A stretch of 64,000 nucleotides of DNA, filler included, from Diploschistes diacapsis (GCA_023645945.1; 30 parts of 30 records of this genome joined end to end with filler, not necessarily neighbours in it), one strand, 5' to 3'. Positions 49,349 to 62,925 are shown, numbered from the whole stretch's first letter. The notes: generated by a model from the letters alone, not told the origin. Numbers and translations are program-made.

Positions 49349-50112
49349 TTTATGATATGCGGGTTCCAATAAAAATATATTAAGAATTAAAGTATTTAAT
49401 GTTTTAGTTTTTTTCGGTCTTTATAAAACGTTATTGGCTTTATAACTTTCATAATGGGTTCTTTATACGATTTATTTTCGTTAGATTTATCGTTACTTCC
49501 GGGGTCGTTGCTTTTGGCTTCCGTTGTATCTTTTATACGGACATCGGTTTTATTTGGTGGCGTTGCTGCCTTAGGTGCGCGAGATGCTGCGGATCTAGCC
49601 ATCGGTGGCGATCGCCCAGTTATGTTGCCAATAATACTTATTTTTGAGGGTATTTAAGTGTTATGATCTCTATTTATACAAGATATACACGAGTAAGATT
49701 AAGGTAGGTTTGATCTTTATTAAAAGAAAAGTATAATAGAAGAAAAAGATAAAACAATTATAAATCTTAAACTATTTCTAGAAAGAAGGTTCTAAAATGA
49801 TAGAAATAATGAATATAAATTAATCCCGAATAATCGCTAAAGATATTTATAAAAATAAACACGCCCTAAACTTATAAAAACCATAACGACGTTTTTATAT
49901 AGTTAATAGCTCCCTTAATAAAGTAAATAAATAAATGAATAAAATTACCGTTCTTTTTTTTTACTTACGATTGGGTAGAATGGTCTTTAAAACCTTTTAC
50001 TCATCACGTGACCCGTGTCACCCTAATTGGACTATATACAAGAAATGGCTGGGAAGTGCCCGACTAGCTGTTGCGTGCCAAGTACTACCGAACAGTACCT
50101 TAGATCGTAACA
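49349..50112 (-). mobile_element. Family B 5' LTR (49659-50112) and gag start
   Basis: ORF 49396-49602 ends KVIKPITFYKDRKKLKH, resembling the KPxTFxGDRxKL motif of fungal gypsy gag. Confidence 0.8.
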
Positions 50113-50730
50113 ATTCTTAACGCGCCTTATTCAGCACCCGCCAGGTTTTATCAGCTTTAAGCAACTCGTCCTTTTCTAGCTCAATCTAATCAGAATAGAT
50201 AACCTTAGGGTGCTATATTCAATCGAGGTCCTATTACCTACTACTTCTGCCAGAAAGATAGTCATTACAGGGTACGCTGCCCACTATTACAGCCGCTTTT
50301 CCAGAATGGGGACATCCATATGTAAAAAAATAAGATCTTCGTCGGTCTTAATAACCACCCTCAAGTATAACAGGCCAATCTCTATAAGCAGGGCACGATA
50401 ATTAAAAAGCTTATATCTTAGATTAACAATTAAAAAAAGATTTATAAAAACAAAGTCCTTTCGAACCCTCGTCCTCTATAATAGGTCTAGATTAGATCCT
50501 TATACTAAATATCAGCGTATAATGTGATTAATGCTGGATTTTGGCCTAAAGATTTCGAGAAAAAGGAAAGTGACGAAGAGATAATAGAACGCTTTTCTAT
50601 TTAGTCATACGAGGTTAATTATTAGAATATATATGAAACTAATACGATAATTAGGGAACGCCTTATTAAATAATAAAAAGATACATCTAAACGGAAAAAC
50701 TTTTTAAATCCGAAATTTAACGAACGATAC
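50113..50730 (+). mobile_element. Degenerate retrotransposon gag region with a CCHC zinc-knuckle relic
   Basis: 50239-50280 encodes (C>Y)YFCQKDSHYRVRC, with Cx2Cx4Hx4C spacing. The paralog on the minus strand of 61199-62577 carries a MITE. Confidence 0.6.
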
Positions 50731-51401
50731 NNNNNNNNNNNNNNNNNNNNNNNNNNNNNNNNNNNNNNNNNNNNTTAATTAATTAANNNNNNNNNNNNNN
50801 NNNNNNNNNNNNNNNNNNNNNNNNNNNNNNGAAATATCGCGATAAAAAAATAAAAACGTAAAAAATAAACGTAATAAGTTTAGAATTATTAAAAAATAAA
50901 TATTATTTAAAAATGTTTCGGTGAATATACGGATATAATAATAAATTTATTAATATAAATATTACGAGTAAAAAATTTAAAATAGGGACACTTTTACGGA
51001 TATTACATTATAAATAAAAGCACGGACACGGATATTACGATTAAAAATTTTAAAATACGGATATTTTCACGGACACTGCACTGCAGTAAAAGCACGGACA
51101 CGGACATTACGGCTAAAAATTTTAAAACACGGATACTGCCACGGCCGTGTCCGTGCCACGGACACGGCCGTGTCAGTGTCCGTGACGGCCAGCCTATTTT
51201 ATAATAGTATATCTTCTATTTTTGAGTCGGTTTACCCTAAGGTTTTATGATTTAGATCCTGGGTTTTCGGATTTCTTCGATTTAACCTGCGTTAGGTAAC
51301 GTAATCGGTACTCGCGTTCGTGTCCGTATTAGTTGTTAAGAAACGTAGTTTTAATAAACGATTAAGCGTAATAAAATAGGTGCAAATCCGGATTTATAAC
51401 T

Positions 51402-51639
51402 TGTTTGGCAACGTAATGGATATATTGAAGTTTAGAGGTCTTTTTAGGAGGTTATTTTATTTTATAGATTTTTATTTTCGTGTGATACGCTAAGCTTTAT
51501 TACCTATATTATTTCTTAATCGGTCTAGTTGGAATTCCAGGAGGTTCAGCTGAATTGAATTTCGGAGTTCAGCTGAACTGAACCTCCTTCTGGAACTTAG
51601 TCGAACTCCTAGCCATGCCTTCTGCCTATCTGCTTAACA
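51402..51639 (-). mobile_element. Copia family C LTR
   Basis: TGTTTGGCAACG...TGCTTAACA, with internal TTCAGCTGAACTGAACC repeats. Another copy at about 51800-52018 is followed by a PPT. Confidence 0.8.
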
Positions 51640-52899
51640 TTTACAACCGTGTTTAACAAATTCCATTCGATTTACCGGACCCGTTTACCTTTATTTTTCA
51701 GTTTTTTTTTAATCTTGAATCGATTCGATTTAGATTTATTCTTATTGTATAATTTTTTATTAAATATTATCGAACAGCGAAAGATTAATAAAGAAAATTT
51801 TTGGGTAACGCATGTATTGAAGTCTAGATATCGAGAGATCTAACTAGAAGGAATAGTCTGTATGTAAGTTCTTATACCAATAGGATCCATTAAGTCTTAT
51901 AGACTTACATTACTCCCGATTAGAATTAATAGGAATCTTAGTAGGTTTAACTGAACTGAACCTGAACCTGAGGTTTAGCTGAACTTCCTAGTTATATATT
52001 CTACCTGTTTGTTTAATATTCCCCCACGGGCGGAATTATCGGCATGTTTATTTAGTTTAGCTGGATGCCCTCTGTATTAGTTTAAATTTTTTGACGAATA
52101 TATCGTGTTTAACGTAATTTAGTGGTTTCGTTAATCCGTCGGCAATTATTTTGTTTATAAGTATATAAAATAATATTAATACGGCCTCGTTTAATTAAGT
52201 CCCGTATATAATNNNNNNNNNNNNNNNNNNNNNNNNNNNNNNNNNNNNNNNNNNNNTTAATTAATTAANNNNNNNNNNNNNNNNNNNNNNNNNNNNNNNN
52301 NNNNNNNNNNNNAACTATAATACAGAAACAAGTACCCGAGATAGAAATACGGATATTTATAAGAATAAAAGAAATATATATAATTCCGATAGAAATACCT
52401 GGACTAAATAGAAGTAATATTCAACGAAACACACGAGATATATCTATAAATCAAAATAACCTAAATAATAGAAAGCATCCTTTAGAAAAAGCAGCAGGGC
52501 TAGCAGCCACACCTGCCCTAGAGATAGGCCGATAGGATCAAGCACCTATCAACGAGCCAATATCAAAACATAAAGCTCGCGATATGATATTAGTTCTACC
52601 GACTCGCGATATACGATTACGAAAATAATAACACCGATGTCGCGAGATCGCTAAATTAATTAAACCACGTCTAGAGATAATAAACGTTAAAGACGCGTTA
52701 GTTATGGCCGAGATTATTATAAAAGAAACTTACGATAAGCGTTATAAGACTTATTTTATAAAAGTTAGAAATTACGTTATATTACGTTTATATCGCGGAT
52801 ATAAGTTATTTATTATAATTAATATCAAGCTTTCCGTTTAGTTTATTAAATCTTTTAAGATTTTAAAACGTATTAATAAGTTAGTTTATAGACTATAAT

Positions 52900-53290
52900 T
52901 GCGACACCCCAGCCCAGGGGCTTGCCAAGCCACGGCAGGGTCAATGCCCAGGTGCTTGCCAAGACACGGCAGGGTCAGGGGGTGGTTGTGTAGATAGGTA
53001 GTCCCCGAACCCCGGTAAGTCTAACATCCACACTACTTAACGGTACCTTTTTCTTATTTAGATAGTTTTTTTTTTAGCTTTTCGAATCGAGACCTTTTAT
53101 TTATAGATATCTAAGCTATATTTAATCCTTCCGGATCAGATCTAGTCCCCGATAGAATAATATCTTTTCCTACGTTAGCGTTTTATATTCGAAAAGTTCA
53201 CTTTACTTTCGCATTCGTAACGAGAGTTTAAAACGTTAATCGAACTCGAAAGTACTATCCGCCGACCTATTATAAACAATGACCCCCGCT
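52900..53290 (+). mobile_element. Chromovirus family E 5' LTR (52900-53185) and PBS region, inserted in a gypsy integrase relic
   Basis: Colinear with 2340-2765. Confidence 0.8.
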
Positions 53291-53794
53291 AGTGTAAACA
53301 GAAATGTAGGCTGTAGACTTGGTGGGGGTGGGTCCCCTCAGGGCAGCTCCATTTAAGGAGGCCTGCTAGGTAGTTCTAGATAATTCATGTATTCTATATC
53401 TTACAAATGTCTTATCTAGGTATGCTGTTGACTACGAAATCATATTACATTCCTTTATTACACCACCTACGACTATTTATCTACTATAGCAAGGGAAGTC
53501 TCCTTAAATAACGCGTCTTATGTTTATAATAAAGGCTAATTTAAGGACTTATCTAAGGACCCTTTTACATCTTACGAAAGGTAAGGAGAAGGTTACGATC
53601 TAAAAGCTCCAAACATAACAAAAAGATATTATTAATAAAAATATAGAAAAAAAAAAGAAAAGGATATTTAATTATCCCTAAATAACCTATTAGCNNNNNN
53701 NNNNNNNNNNNNNNNNNNNNNNNNNNNNNNNNNNNNNNTTAATTAATTAANNNNNNNNNNNNNNNNNNNNNNNNNNNNNNNNNNNNNNNNNNNN

Positions 53795-54002
53795 CGTGTT
53801 TCACCAGGAAACGGGTCACACCACGAAGCGGGTCACAATCCCTGCACCTTCGTAAAATGTATTTCTTAAAGGCCGAAGAACGGGGTAGTGTAGTTGAGAA
53901 CAGATTTAGCTTCGTACAAATATGGAAGCGCTCGACCTAGCGCAATTACATTATAATGTATGACCCGCTTCGTGGTGTGACCCGTTTCCTGGTGAAACAC
54001 GT
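53795..54002. mobile_element. Fot1/pogo-type MITE (~209 bp) with perfect 41-bp TIRs
   Basis: 53795-53835 is the exact reverse complement of 53961-54001. The right end is ...AACACGT followed by TA. Confidence 0.88.
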
Positions 54003-55278
54003 TAGTACCGTACCGGACCAGTGACGTAATGGGCCTCGCATTGCCTCAAAGTGGGGGCCAGTCGGTGGTGTATTTGATACCATTCCTCTGCTATCCGCTC
54101 AAGAAGATTTTAATATCAACCCTAACGCCATGAGCCGCTGGATCCAGAGTGGAGTTAAAGGCTTTTTGAATAAGGCGACAAGATTCTCGTAATCCTGGCA
54201 AGCTGGGATCGCAGCGACGGTAATCGTTAAAAAGAGCGACATGTTTTGATGCGCAGGTCAGTGCGAGCTTTCGGAAGACAGAAATTGCTTGCCAACCGGA
54301 GGCTATAAGACAATCGCATCCTGTGTTTCAAGAAAGACGTAGAGGTAAGCTCTCGTCTCTACATTTGATATACCTGCACAGGCGACAGTGTGCGTAATAT
54401 AGGACATGTCTTGAATCTGGCATTGAAATGGAAGAGCGTAGCCACGAGTATGCACTGGAGCCCCAGCTACATAGACGGTGAATTAATCAACTGATAACTT
54501 CTAAACAGCTCTACTTTTAGCTTCGTCGAGCAATGAACTTGCAATGAAGCCTGAGTCTTGTGAGGAATACACGCTATGTCTTTCCAATACGGACGCTTGC
54601 GTTCCCCATAAATCGATAAGCATTGCATCTTTCTGGGATATCAATTTGACATTCAAACGAGGGAGCGCAATCGAGCGAGCGTTTGGAGCGTAATCTGCTT
54701 GCGGGGGTAATGAAGCTGATGAGTCTACGACGAACGTTGTTCTTAGAAAGAAAAGTCTTTGACGACGATGCACAGTCTGAGCTGTCAACGTCGGAGTAAT
54801 CGCTCATCTGGGAACCTATGCTATCGTTGAAGAGGCTTAACTATTGGTTCGGTGGTTAAAGCCCCGGACGGATGGTTTAGGTTTAGAGCGTTCTGGTCTG
54901 AAACGCGTCAATGTTTTTCTTTTCTCGGGCATTGTCGTTTCAAAAATACCGATCGAAGAATATATAATTCTGGAAAACTACGCTAGGCCATAATCGGAGG
55001 CGATCTCGTCATCGTAAAACAGTCATTATTAAGTCATCCGTTTCTACATTCTGATGCGCTTCGTATTCTTAACCATTCTGTACACTCCAGCGCAGCTTCA
55101 GATTCCAAAGTGCAAAACACCTACCACATCCAATCATCTCCAGCGACCCAAGCCCGCAACAATGTCCTGGGACCTGNNNNNNNNNNNNNNNNNNNNNNNN
55201 NNNNNNNNNNNNNNNNNNNNTTAATTAATTAANNNNNNNNNNNNNNNNNNNNNNNNNNNNNNNNNNNNNNNNNNNNAT

Positions 55279-55279
<1 letters not shown>

Positions 55280-55334
<55 letters not shown>
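55280..55334. repeat. (TAA)n microsatellite, about 18 units
   Basis: Directly visible. Confidence 0.95.
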
Positions 55335-55336
<2 letters not shown>

Positions 55337-55339
55337 ATT

Positions 55340-55607
55340 TTTTTGCTTATGTAATATATTAATAAAAAATGATTGGTTTCGTTATCTTCGCCGGTTTTTA
55401 TTAGTTTTGCTTGTTTCGCCAGTTTCGCCAGTTTGGCTAGTTTCGCCGGTTTCGCCGGTTTCGCCGTGTTTCGCTAAACCTTTTGGCAAAACACGGCAAG
55501 TCGCTTGAATGCATTATCTGTCGCTCATTTCGCCGGTTTCCCCTGTTTCGCTAACTTCGCGGATTTTCGCGATGTTTCGCCGCCAAAAACTATTCGTGAT
55601 GAACCTG
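55340..55607 (-). mobile_element. End of a repeat element with TTTCGC(C) subterminal arrays
   Basis: Many TTTCGC motifs. The terminus CAGGTTCATCACGAA and the CCAATCATTTTT segment are shared with 2013-2095. Confidence 0.55.
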
Positions 55608-56064
55608 TGGAAAGTGGTGGAAGTTCCTAATAAATAATTGACTAAGCGTGTATTGTGTAGTTAATCTTAACTAGGTAATAATCCTCAGCCTGCTTACCCT
55701 GCCTAGCGGACTATTATTCAGTAATAATATATTGAAGAGGATGATGGTGATAACTATAAAAGTGTAAAGAATGGAATATAACAATGTGGGAAGATGGCTG
55801 TACGCAGGGTAGATTCATGCCTGGACTAATTACCAGAGAAGAGAAGAGAGTAAGAAGGGCTAAATCCCCCCTTCAATTATTAGCCAGTTAAGACCCTCAG
55901 TGCCGTTTATACGACTTTTGGCGTCCTCGGCGTTTTCTTAGCTTAATTTTATTATTAATTTCTCGTTTTGGTTCTTTAGAGTTACCTATATAATCCTTCC
56001 ATTGCCTAATAATATAGATCAAATAATTAATTGAATATATATAACGCATATGCATAGCGAGCGG

Positions 56065-56657
56065 ACACTCATAACGAACGGATACCCCCCACCCAATTTT
56101 ACGAACTTTCAAGTTTTCTATCAATTTTCTACACGTACGATCATGGAATCATCTTTAATTAAAAATAAAATCATAATAACATTTTAGGCTATTAAATAAG
56201 ACTTAAATCTTAATATAAAACGCGTATTTTAGGTATATAAGATTTTTCGTATAACGATTATTACTCAACGCGATAATTGTACTTCAAGATACGATATTTT
56301 AGCCAACTTAATAAATTTAAATCTATTAAAAAAACGATTCTTAAACGTACGATTAATTTAATCGAATATAATTTTTCGCCGCGATAGAGCGATATACGCG
56401 ATATAACTAACTTAATACGCGCAGTTCGAAACACGTCGCCAATCGGATTACGATAAGCACAAAATTTCGTACGATAATAAAAAATACTTAAAATACGTTA
56501 TTAAAAAACATTAATTAAAAATTTATAAATCGTACGAAACTGATTCGACCTTGTATATAACGTGATTAATAAATATGGTATCCTCGATTCGAATATTAAT
56601 AATTTCGACGAAATCGGCTTTCTTATAAGAATATTAGGTCATATAAAGGTCGTAATT
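56065..56657 (+). mobile_element. RIP-degenerate Fot1/pogo element 5' end (HTH region to first catalytic D)
   Basis: A TIR-like start, ATG at about 56143, and NFDEIGF (NFDETGF-like) near 56600-56620. Confidence 0.75.
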
Positions 56658-56757
56658 NNNNNNNNNNNNNNNNNNNNNNNNNNNNNNNNNNNNNNNNNNN
56701 NTTAATTAATTAANNNNNNNNNNNNNNNNNNNNNNNNNNNNNNNNNNNNNNNNNNNN

Positions 56758-57317
56758 CCGTTATATAACTTCGTAATTTATCGTATTAAATTTATTCGAT
56801 TCGATTTATTTCGTCTAAATATTAATAATTTTAAGAAATCGTTTACGAAATCGCGATATTTAATTTTTATCGATAAGTTAAAGATTCGCGATCGTAACTT
56901 CTAGATTCGAACCGAATCGAATTCTTTCGCGTCGAATCTTTTCGATTATTTTTATTATTAACGCAGGCGATGCAAGAAAGCCAGTTTATATAAAACGTGT
57001 AATTCATCGTACTAATATCTTTTCTTTTAAATTTAAAAAGATTTAAATCGCTTCGTGGCTATTAAAGCGAGATTAAGTTCGATCGAGTCGATCCATAATA
57101 ATTAACCGAGATACTTTAAATCCGCGAGCAATTTCTACAATATTAATATATTATTATGATTTTAGGACTTGTAAATAGTCGTTAATATTAAATTCTATTA
57201 AAATCGAATTATTATTATGCGAGGTAGTCATTGTTGAAAAAGATCGAATGTAACATGAAAATAATGATTTGAAGTGGCCGGAATCTGGGGGTGGCCCGGA
57301 ATCCCCGTGAAAGACGT
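56758..57317 (-). mobile_element. RIP-degenerate Fot1/pogo 5' end with TIR
   Basis: The minus strand begins TA followed by ACGTCTTTCACGGGGATTCCGGGCCACCCCCAGATTCCGGCCAC. Confidence 0.7.
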
Positions 57318-57326
57318 TATTAGAAA

Positions 57327-58138
57327 TGTTGAGCAACGTAATGGTTATATTCAAGTCTAGAGGTCTTAACTATGAAAATATCCTACTGCGCAGACTTTTA
57401 TACCTCACGGGATCCGGTAAGCTTTACTGCTTATACTACTCCTGGTCGGTTTAGCTAGGATTTTATAGAATTCCAAAGGATTTTAGAAGCTTTAGCTAAA
57501 CTAAATTGAACTGAATCTCGATTAGTTTAGTTGAATTAAACTTTCCAAGTTTTTTTTAAAAAACCTCTTAGAATAAGTCGAGTTTATAACCATGACTTTC
57601 GTTTATCTGCTCAACACTCCCCCTCAAACGGAGTTATTTAGCATATTTACTTAACTGGATGTCTTTAAACTAGGACCGAATGTCCTTTAACGGAGGCATT
57701 ATACTTCGAGTAGTGTAATAATGTTTTAAACGTCGTCATCCCGTTAACGACCTTTTCTGGGAGCAACCCGCTTTTTGGATAAGATGTCATTTATATCGTT
57801 GCTGTTTCCAATGGTAAATGAATGACTTGTAGTTAGTAGTTTTTTTAATAGTATAGAAGGTGATCTTCTATAATCGAAACGAAATTATTCGAATAGGTTT
57901 AATAACGATCTAATTGAATTTCGATAATTATCGAAGGTATCGAGATGGTTTAGCGGCGATAGGTTGAATGTCGATAATTGTTAAAAAGATCGAATAAATC
58001 CAATAGCGAGGATAACGGTTTAATTAGATTTCGAAGGTTGATAAGGAATCGATAGGATTCAGCGTTGGTTTAACTGAATTTCGATTGTTGTCGAGAAAGA
58101 AAAAGAAATCGAACGGTTTTTTTTGGTTTATATTAATA
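57327..58138 (-). mobile_element. Copia family C 3' LTR (57327-57616), PPT and internal region
   Basis: TGTTG...CAACA termini and the canonical Copia PPT GAGGGGGAG (57617-57625, minus strand). Confidence 0.85.
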
Positions 58139-60560
58139 NNNNNNNNNNNNNNNNNNNNNNNNNNNNNNNNNNNNNNNNNNNNTTAATTAATTAANNNNNN
58201 NNNNNNNNNNNNNNNNNNNNNNNNNNNNNNNNNNNNNNAAATATTACTACACTTAAACATTGATACTATCTCATTTTAAGTATCAAAATAACAACTATAC
58301 TATTCCTAATTTAGGCTGGTAAAGAAATTAATAATAAAATAAATATCAGGCATTCAGAGGTCAAGAAAACAGTTCTCGAGGTTCAGAAAACTGATATAAA
58401 TCAACAAGATATCAGCACTTCCAACCTACTCTTGAATCAAGAAAAAAGGCGAATTATATAAATCGATTTCGAGAAAGCTATTTAATTACTATTATAACGG
58501 GACGTGAAGCATCTAGAGGTATCTCGTACATTATTACTGGAATGGTTTCCTAATAAAAGACGTAAATAGACTGTCTCTCAAGACACCCGAAAATAAAAGC
58601 TTTTCAACGCTAATATATTTCGAGATATATAGCTCCAGCGAATAGAAGTTGATCGCATAAAAAATTTTTATCCCAGTCCGCAGCGGGTACAATATATAGT
58701 AGCTAAATAAGAAACTAGTATTTTTCCAGCGCAAATCCGCTTTGCATCTATGGATTTAAGCTGTTCTGCCTATTAATGAAATCGAGAACCAAGAGCATTC
58801 ACGGCAAGAACATCAACGATAAGAGATATTCACGATAAAAGATATTAACGATAAGAGCACGCACGATTAGAGAAAACATTAGAATAGGGATAATATTAAG
58901 ATCATCCTTTAAGAGCCGAAGCTAATCGGTCCATAAGACGATAATAAAACCACCCGGTCTAGAATAATCGAGTAAAAATAGCCAATAGATAATAATCTTT
59001 CTAAAAATACATAATATCATAGCATCAAGTACAAGCATATCCTAAGGAAGAAGCTGGTTATAGTCAGTTAATTATATTAATAGCATAACTACTACGCGGT
59101 AGCTTACGTGCCTTAGTCTCTGATTTACGACTACATCTGCTAACCCTTCGTGTATCATCTGGAGTTGTCGCCAGTGAGGTACTTAGTTATTCCGAACCAA
59201 TTTATTTTAAGAAGGAATATTCTTGGTTAATAGGGATTATAGGGGGAGGCGGGTTGCTATATTACAAGAAAATGAAAACAAAGCAAAAAGAGATAAAAAA
59301 AAATAAGCTATTGTTTTTAATATAAAGTTAAATTAATCGCGAGAAGGATATAAACGGCCAAAGGGAATAAAGTAAAGGCTTATACTGAGGTCAAGGTGGC
59401 ACGAGAACAATAAAGTTTAGTCTTAGCGTAGAAATAGCTTCTAATTCGATCGAGCTTTGGCGTATAAATTAATTAATAAAATCATCGGTAGGTAAAATAA
59501 CAAAACCTTTGTTATAAAATTTCCTTAACTTAATAGATCCTTTACAATAAACGCGTCCGTAAACGATAGATATAAGAACAAATATCGCCAACACGAGCTC
59601 TATTAGTGCAGAGATATATNNNNNNNNNNNNNNNNNNNNNNNNNNNNNNNNNNNNNNNNNNNNTTAATTAATTAANNNNNNNNNNNNNNNNNNNNNNNNN
59701 NNNNNNNNNNNNNNNNNNNAATAATATCCGTATCTAAAAATCAAGATATTATAATTACTTAAATCCCAAATCATTATTTAGACAACAAAACAAATTGATA
59801 AATAAAATAAGATTAAATATAATAATCGGATACATCAATATCGATAAAAAATATAAGATCTAAATACCCGATATTCAAAAAATCATTAAAACCAATTCAA
59901 TCAAATTTAAAAAAGATAAAACGCTTATTCTTCAAGAATTAAAACTACCTAAAAACTACAAAAAAGGCGACAACGTAATACCCATCCGAAAGCCACTGGG
60001 ACGTCTAATCAACGATCTAGCACCTAATATTAAAAAAATCAACAACGGGTCAATTACCCACGTCAACGACGAATCAATTACGCACGCCAAAAACGCATCA
60101 ACGACAAAAACCAAAATTTAGCTGAATTATACTAAACCTTCATTATTTACTCCTATCGAGGATCACAGCACCCTGAAAACCCCTACTTTCATTCCATGTA
60201 ATCAACCCGAGCCAAATAATAATAACCGACGATTAATAAAAAGATTCTTACGGATTAAAGTTTTAAGAAAAAGAATTAAATTTAAACTTAAATCTAAATC
60301 TATTAAACCGAATATATTAAAGCCTATTACGTCAATAACGGACGTTATATACGTTATTAATAATCCGATTACGAATATAATACCCGTTAACGTCACGTTA
60401 ATAACGTTTAACATATAGGATTCTTAAATAATAAACGATATAAACGACGCTTTAATAACCATAAACGTTTAAAATATTAAGAAATTATATAACACGAATT
60501 CCGTTATTAATAAACGATAGCGGGATGTCGAACATTTCTTATTAATTAAAATATTAAAAA

Positions 60561-61098
60561 TGTAACAGATAGCTGTGACAGTCCTCCGGGCGAGCGGAGG
60601 AACTCAGTCCTAGCGCCGCGCCAAGGCCGCTCCAAGACCGCAGATCATAAGAAGAGTTTTATAAAAGAATCTCCTCTTTTCTTTTCTAAAGATTAGTTCA
60701 TGAATATTATAACTATTACTATAATATTACTACATTTCTTTCTTTATAGTTCTAATTTCTCCTCCTTTAGTAAAGCAGTGGTCCGGTAAAATAAACGAAA
60801 AAAAAGCGAAAAACCGCGACTACATCTCGAAATATTAAAAGATCGATAATAACCGTAAATCTAACGGATACCGTTATTTTATCTCGGCGGGAATTATTAA
60901 TATATAACGAAATATTAACGGAATCTTTACGATCAACAACCGCAGAAGCTTCGCGAAAAAAAGAAATCGTCGAGAAAAAACGCGTCGTCGTCGAAATTCC
61001 TAAATTAGGCGAAAAATATTAATCTCAAAATTCTATTATCGAAAAAGAATATTTATCGAACGTAAACCCTTCGCGATTTAATCGAGAACGTATCTTTC
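60561..61098 (+). mobile_element. Family F repeat 5' end
   Basis: Colinear with 8039-8570. Confidence 0.65.
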
Positions 61099-61868
61099 NN
61101 NNNNNNNNNNNNNNNNNNNNNNNNNNNNNNNNNNNNNNNNNNTTAATTAATTAANNNNNNNNNNNNNNNNNNNNNNNNNNNNNNNNNNNNNNNNNNNNGA
61201 ATATATGATATTTTATAATTATAAATTCATCACGTCGGCTAATTATTTTAAATTAATATTATACGTGTCAGGCTATCTGGCGGATGGGTTATATATAATA
61301 TAAATAGATTTCTTCGGTCTCGGTTTTTCTACGCGAGCATTTTCTTTAATAACATGATTCTTCAATTCTTCCTAAAGCAAACGTATAATTCTTATCTAAA
61401 AAACATTTTTTAAAATAATCTTGATTTTAGTACCTTTAACAATCTTAAGAACCAATTCTTTTAATAGATCAGTAGTTGCTTTTTTTGAAATCCTTGGCTT
61501 TCGGACGGCGAGAACGCGGGGATAATTTATTAAAATCCTTCCCGGTATACTTCCGTTAAATGAAATTACCTATACTTCCCGATCTACTTCTTTAAGTTCT
61601 TCGACATCTTTTATAATAATTTCCTATATATCCGACTCTCGTCTTTCCGTACTATTAGATATAACAGGCTATAAGGCGACAATAACGGGCCGTACGTATC
61701 TTTTTCCTTTAACGTTCTTATTCTATAGGAACCGTTATTCTTCGATCGTCTTTTCCTTTAGTACCCGGCGTCGTTCGTCAAATTTCGGATTCAAAAGGTT
61801 TCTTCATTCAGATGCTTCTTTCTGTTATTTAATAGAACATCTTTTAGTTGCCGTATTGATCTTATATA

Positions 61869-62322
61869 CAGTACTAGGCCAAAAGTAGTTAGGTCCCCCC
61901 TATTTCTCACCAAAACAGTCCCTTTTATAGCCCTTATATCTCTACGAAAACGTCCCCAAAATAACCCTAAAAAAACGAGAGCCTTTTAAAAGCTTTAAAG
62001 ATTCATTCGCTTTTTTTTCCAAAAATTTTACATTTTCCTGGGGGCCGCAGGGTGCGACGGAAAAAAGCGAGCGTACAGTTACCGCACTGTAACCGCGATT
62101 TTTGGCGGGGACCACTTTTCTTAAATTTTTAACCCCATATTAGGCACTCAAGAAATTGTTATAAAAATTCGTAAAAAATCTCTTGTACATGTAACGCTCT
62201 TAAGTTCTTTATAAAGCTTTAAATTTTCGATTTGGCACCTTGCTGGGGAAGATATGTGGGTATTGATTGGATCAATTTTGGTGAGATATGGGGGGGACCT
62301 AACTACTTTTGGCACCTGACTG
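61869..62322. mobile_element. Tc1/mariner-type MITE (454 bp), ~46-bp imperfect TIRs, TA TSD
   Basis: CAGTACTAGGCCAAAAGTAGTTAGGTCCCCCC ... GGGGGGACCTAACTACTTTTGGCACCTGACTG, flanked by TA on both sides. Confidence 0.88.
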
Positions 62323-62925
62323 TATATCCTAATAATTGGCCTCGTATGACTAAATAGAAAAACGTTCCATTATTTCCTCATCACTTTCTTCTTCCTCGAA
62401 ATCTTCAGGCCCAAATCCAGCATTAACCATATTACAGGCTGGCATTTGGTATAAGGACCTAGTCTGGACCTGTTATAGAGGACGAGGGTTCGAAGAAGCT
62501 TTGTTCTTATAAGCCTTTTTCTAATTATTAATCTAAAACATGACTTTTTTTATCATTATACTTTATTTATATAGGTTNNNNNNNNNNNNNNNNNNNNNNN
62601 NNNNNNNNNNNNNNNNNNNNNTTAATTAATTAANNNNNNNNNNNNNNNNNNNNNNNNNNNNNNNNNNNNNNNNNNNNGTAATAAGCGTAAGTTATTCGAT
62701 TACGTTTTATATTTTAATAAGATCTATTTTGATCCCTTCGGGCGAAATAATATAGCTTAAGAACTCGATTTTATGTATAAAGAAATCGTATTTTTTATGG
62801 TTCGTATAGAATTCGAAATCATATAATCTTTCGAGTATAAGCCGGAGATGTTTCGTATGTTTTTCGGCTTTTTTTGAATATATTAGAATATTATCGAGAT
62901 AGACGATATAAATAATATTAATTAG

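Noticed and set aside
55280..55334. Telomere
   Set aside because: The repeat is (TAA)n, not TTAGGG, and no telomeric array occurs in the window.
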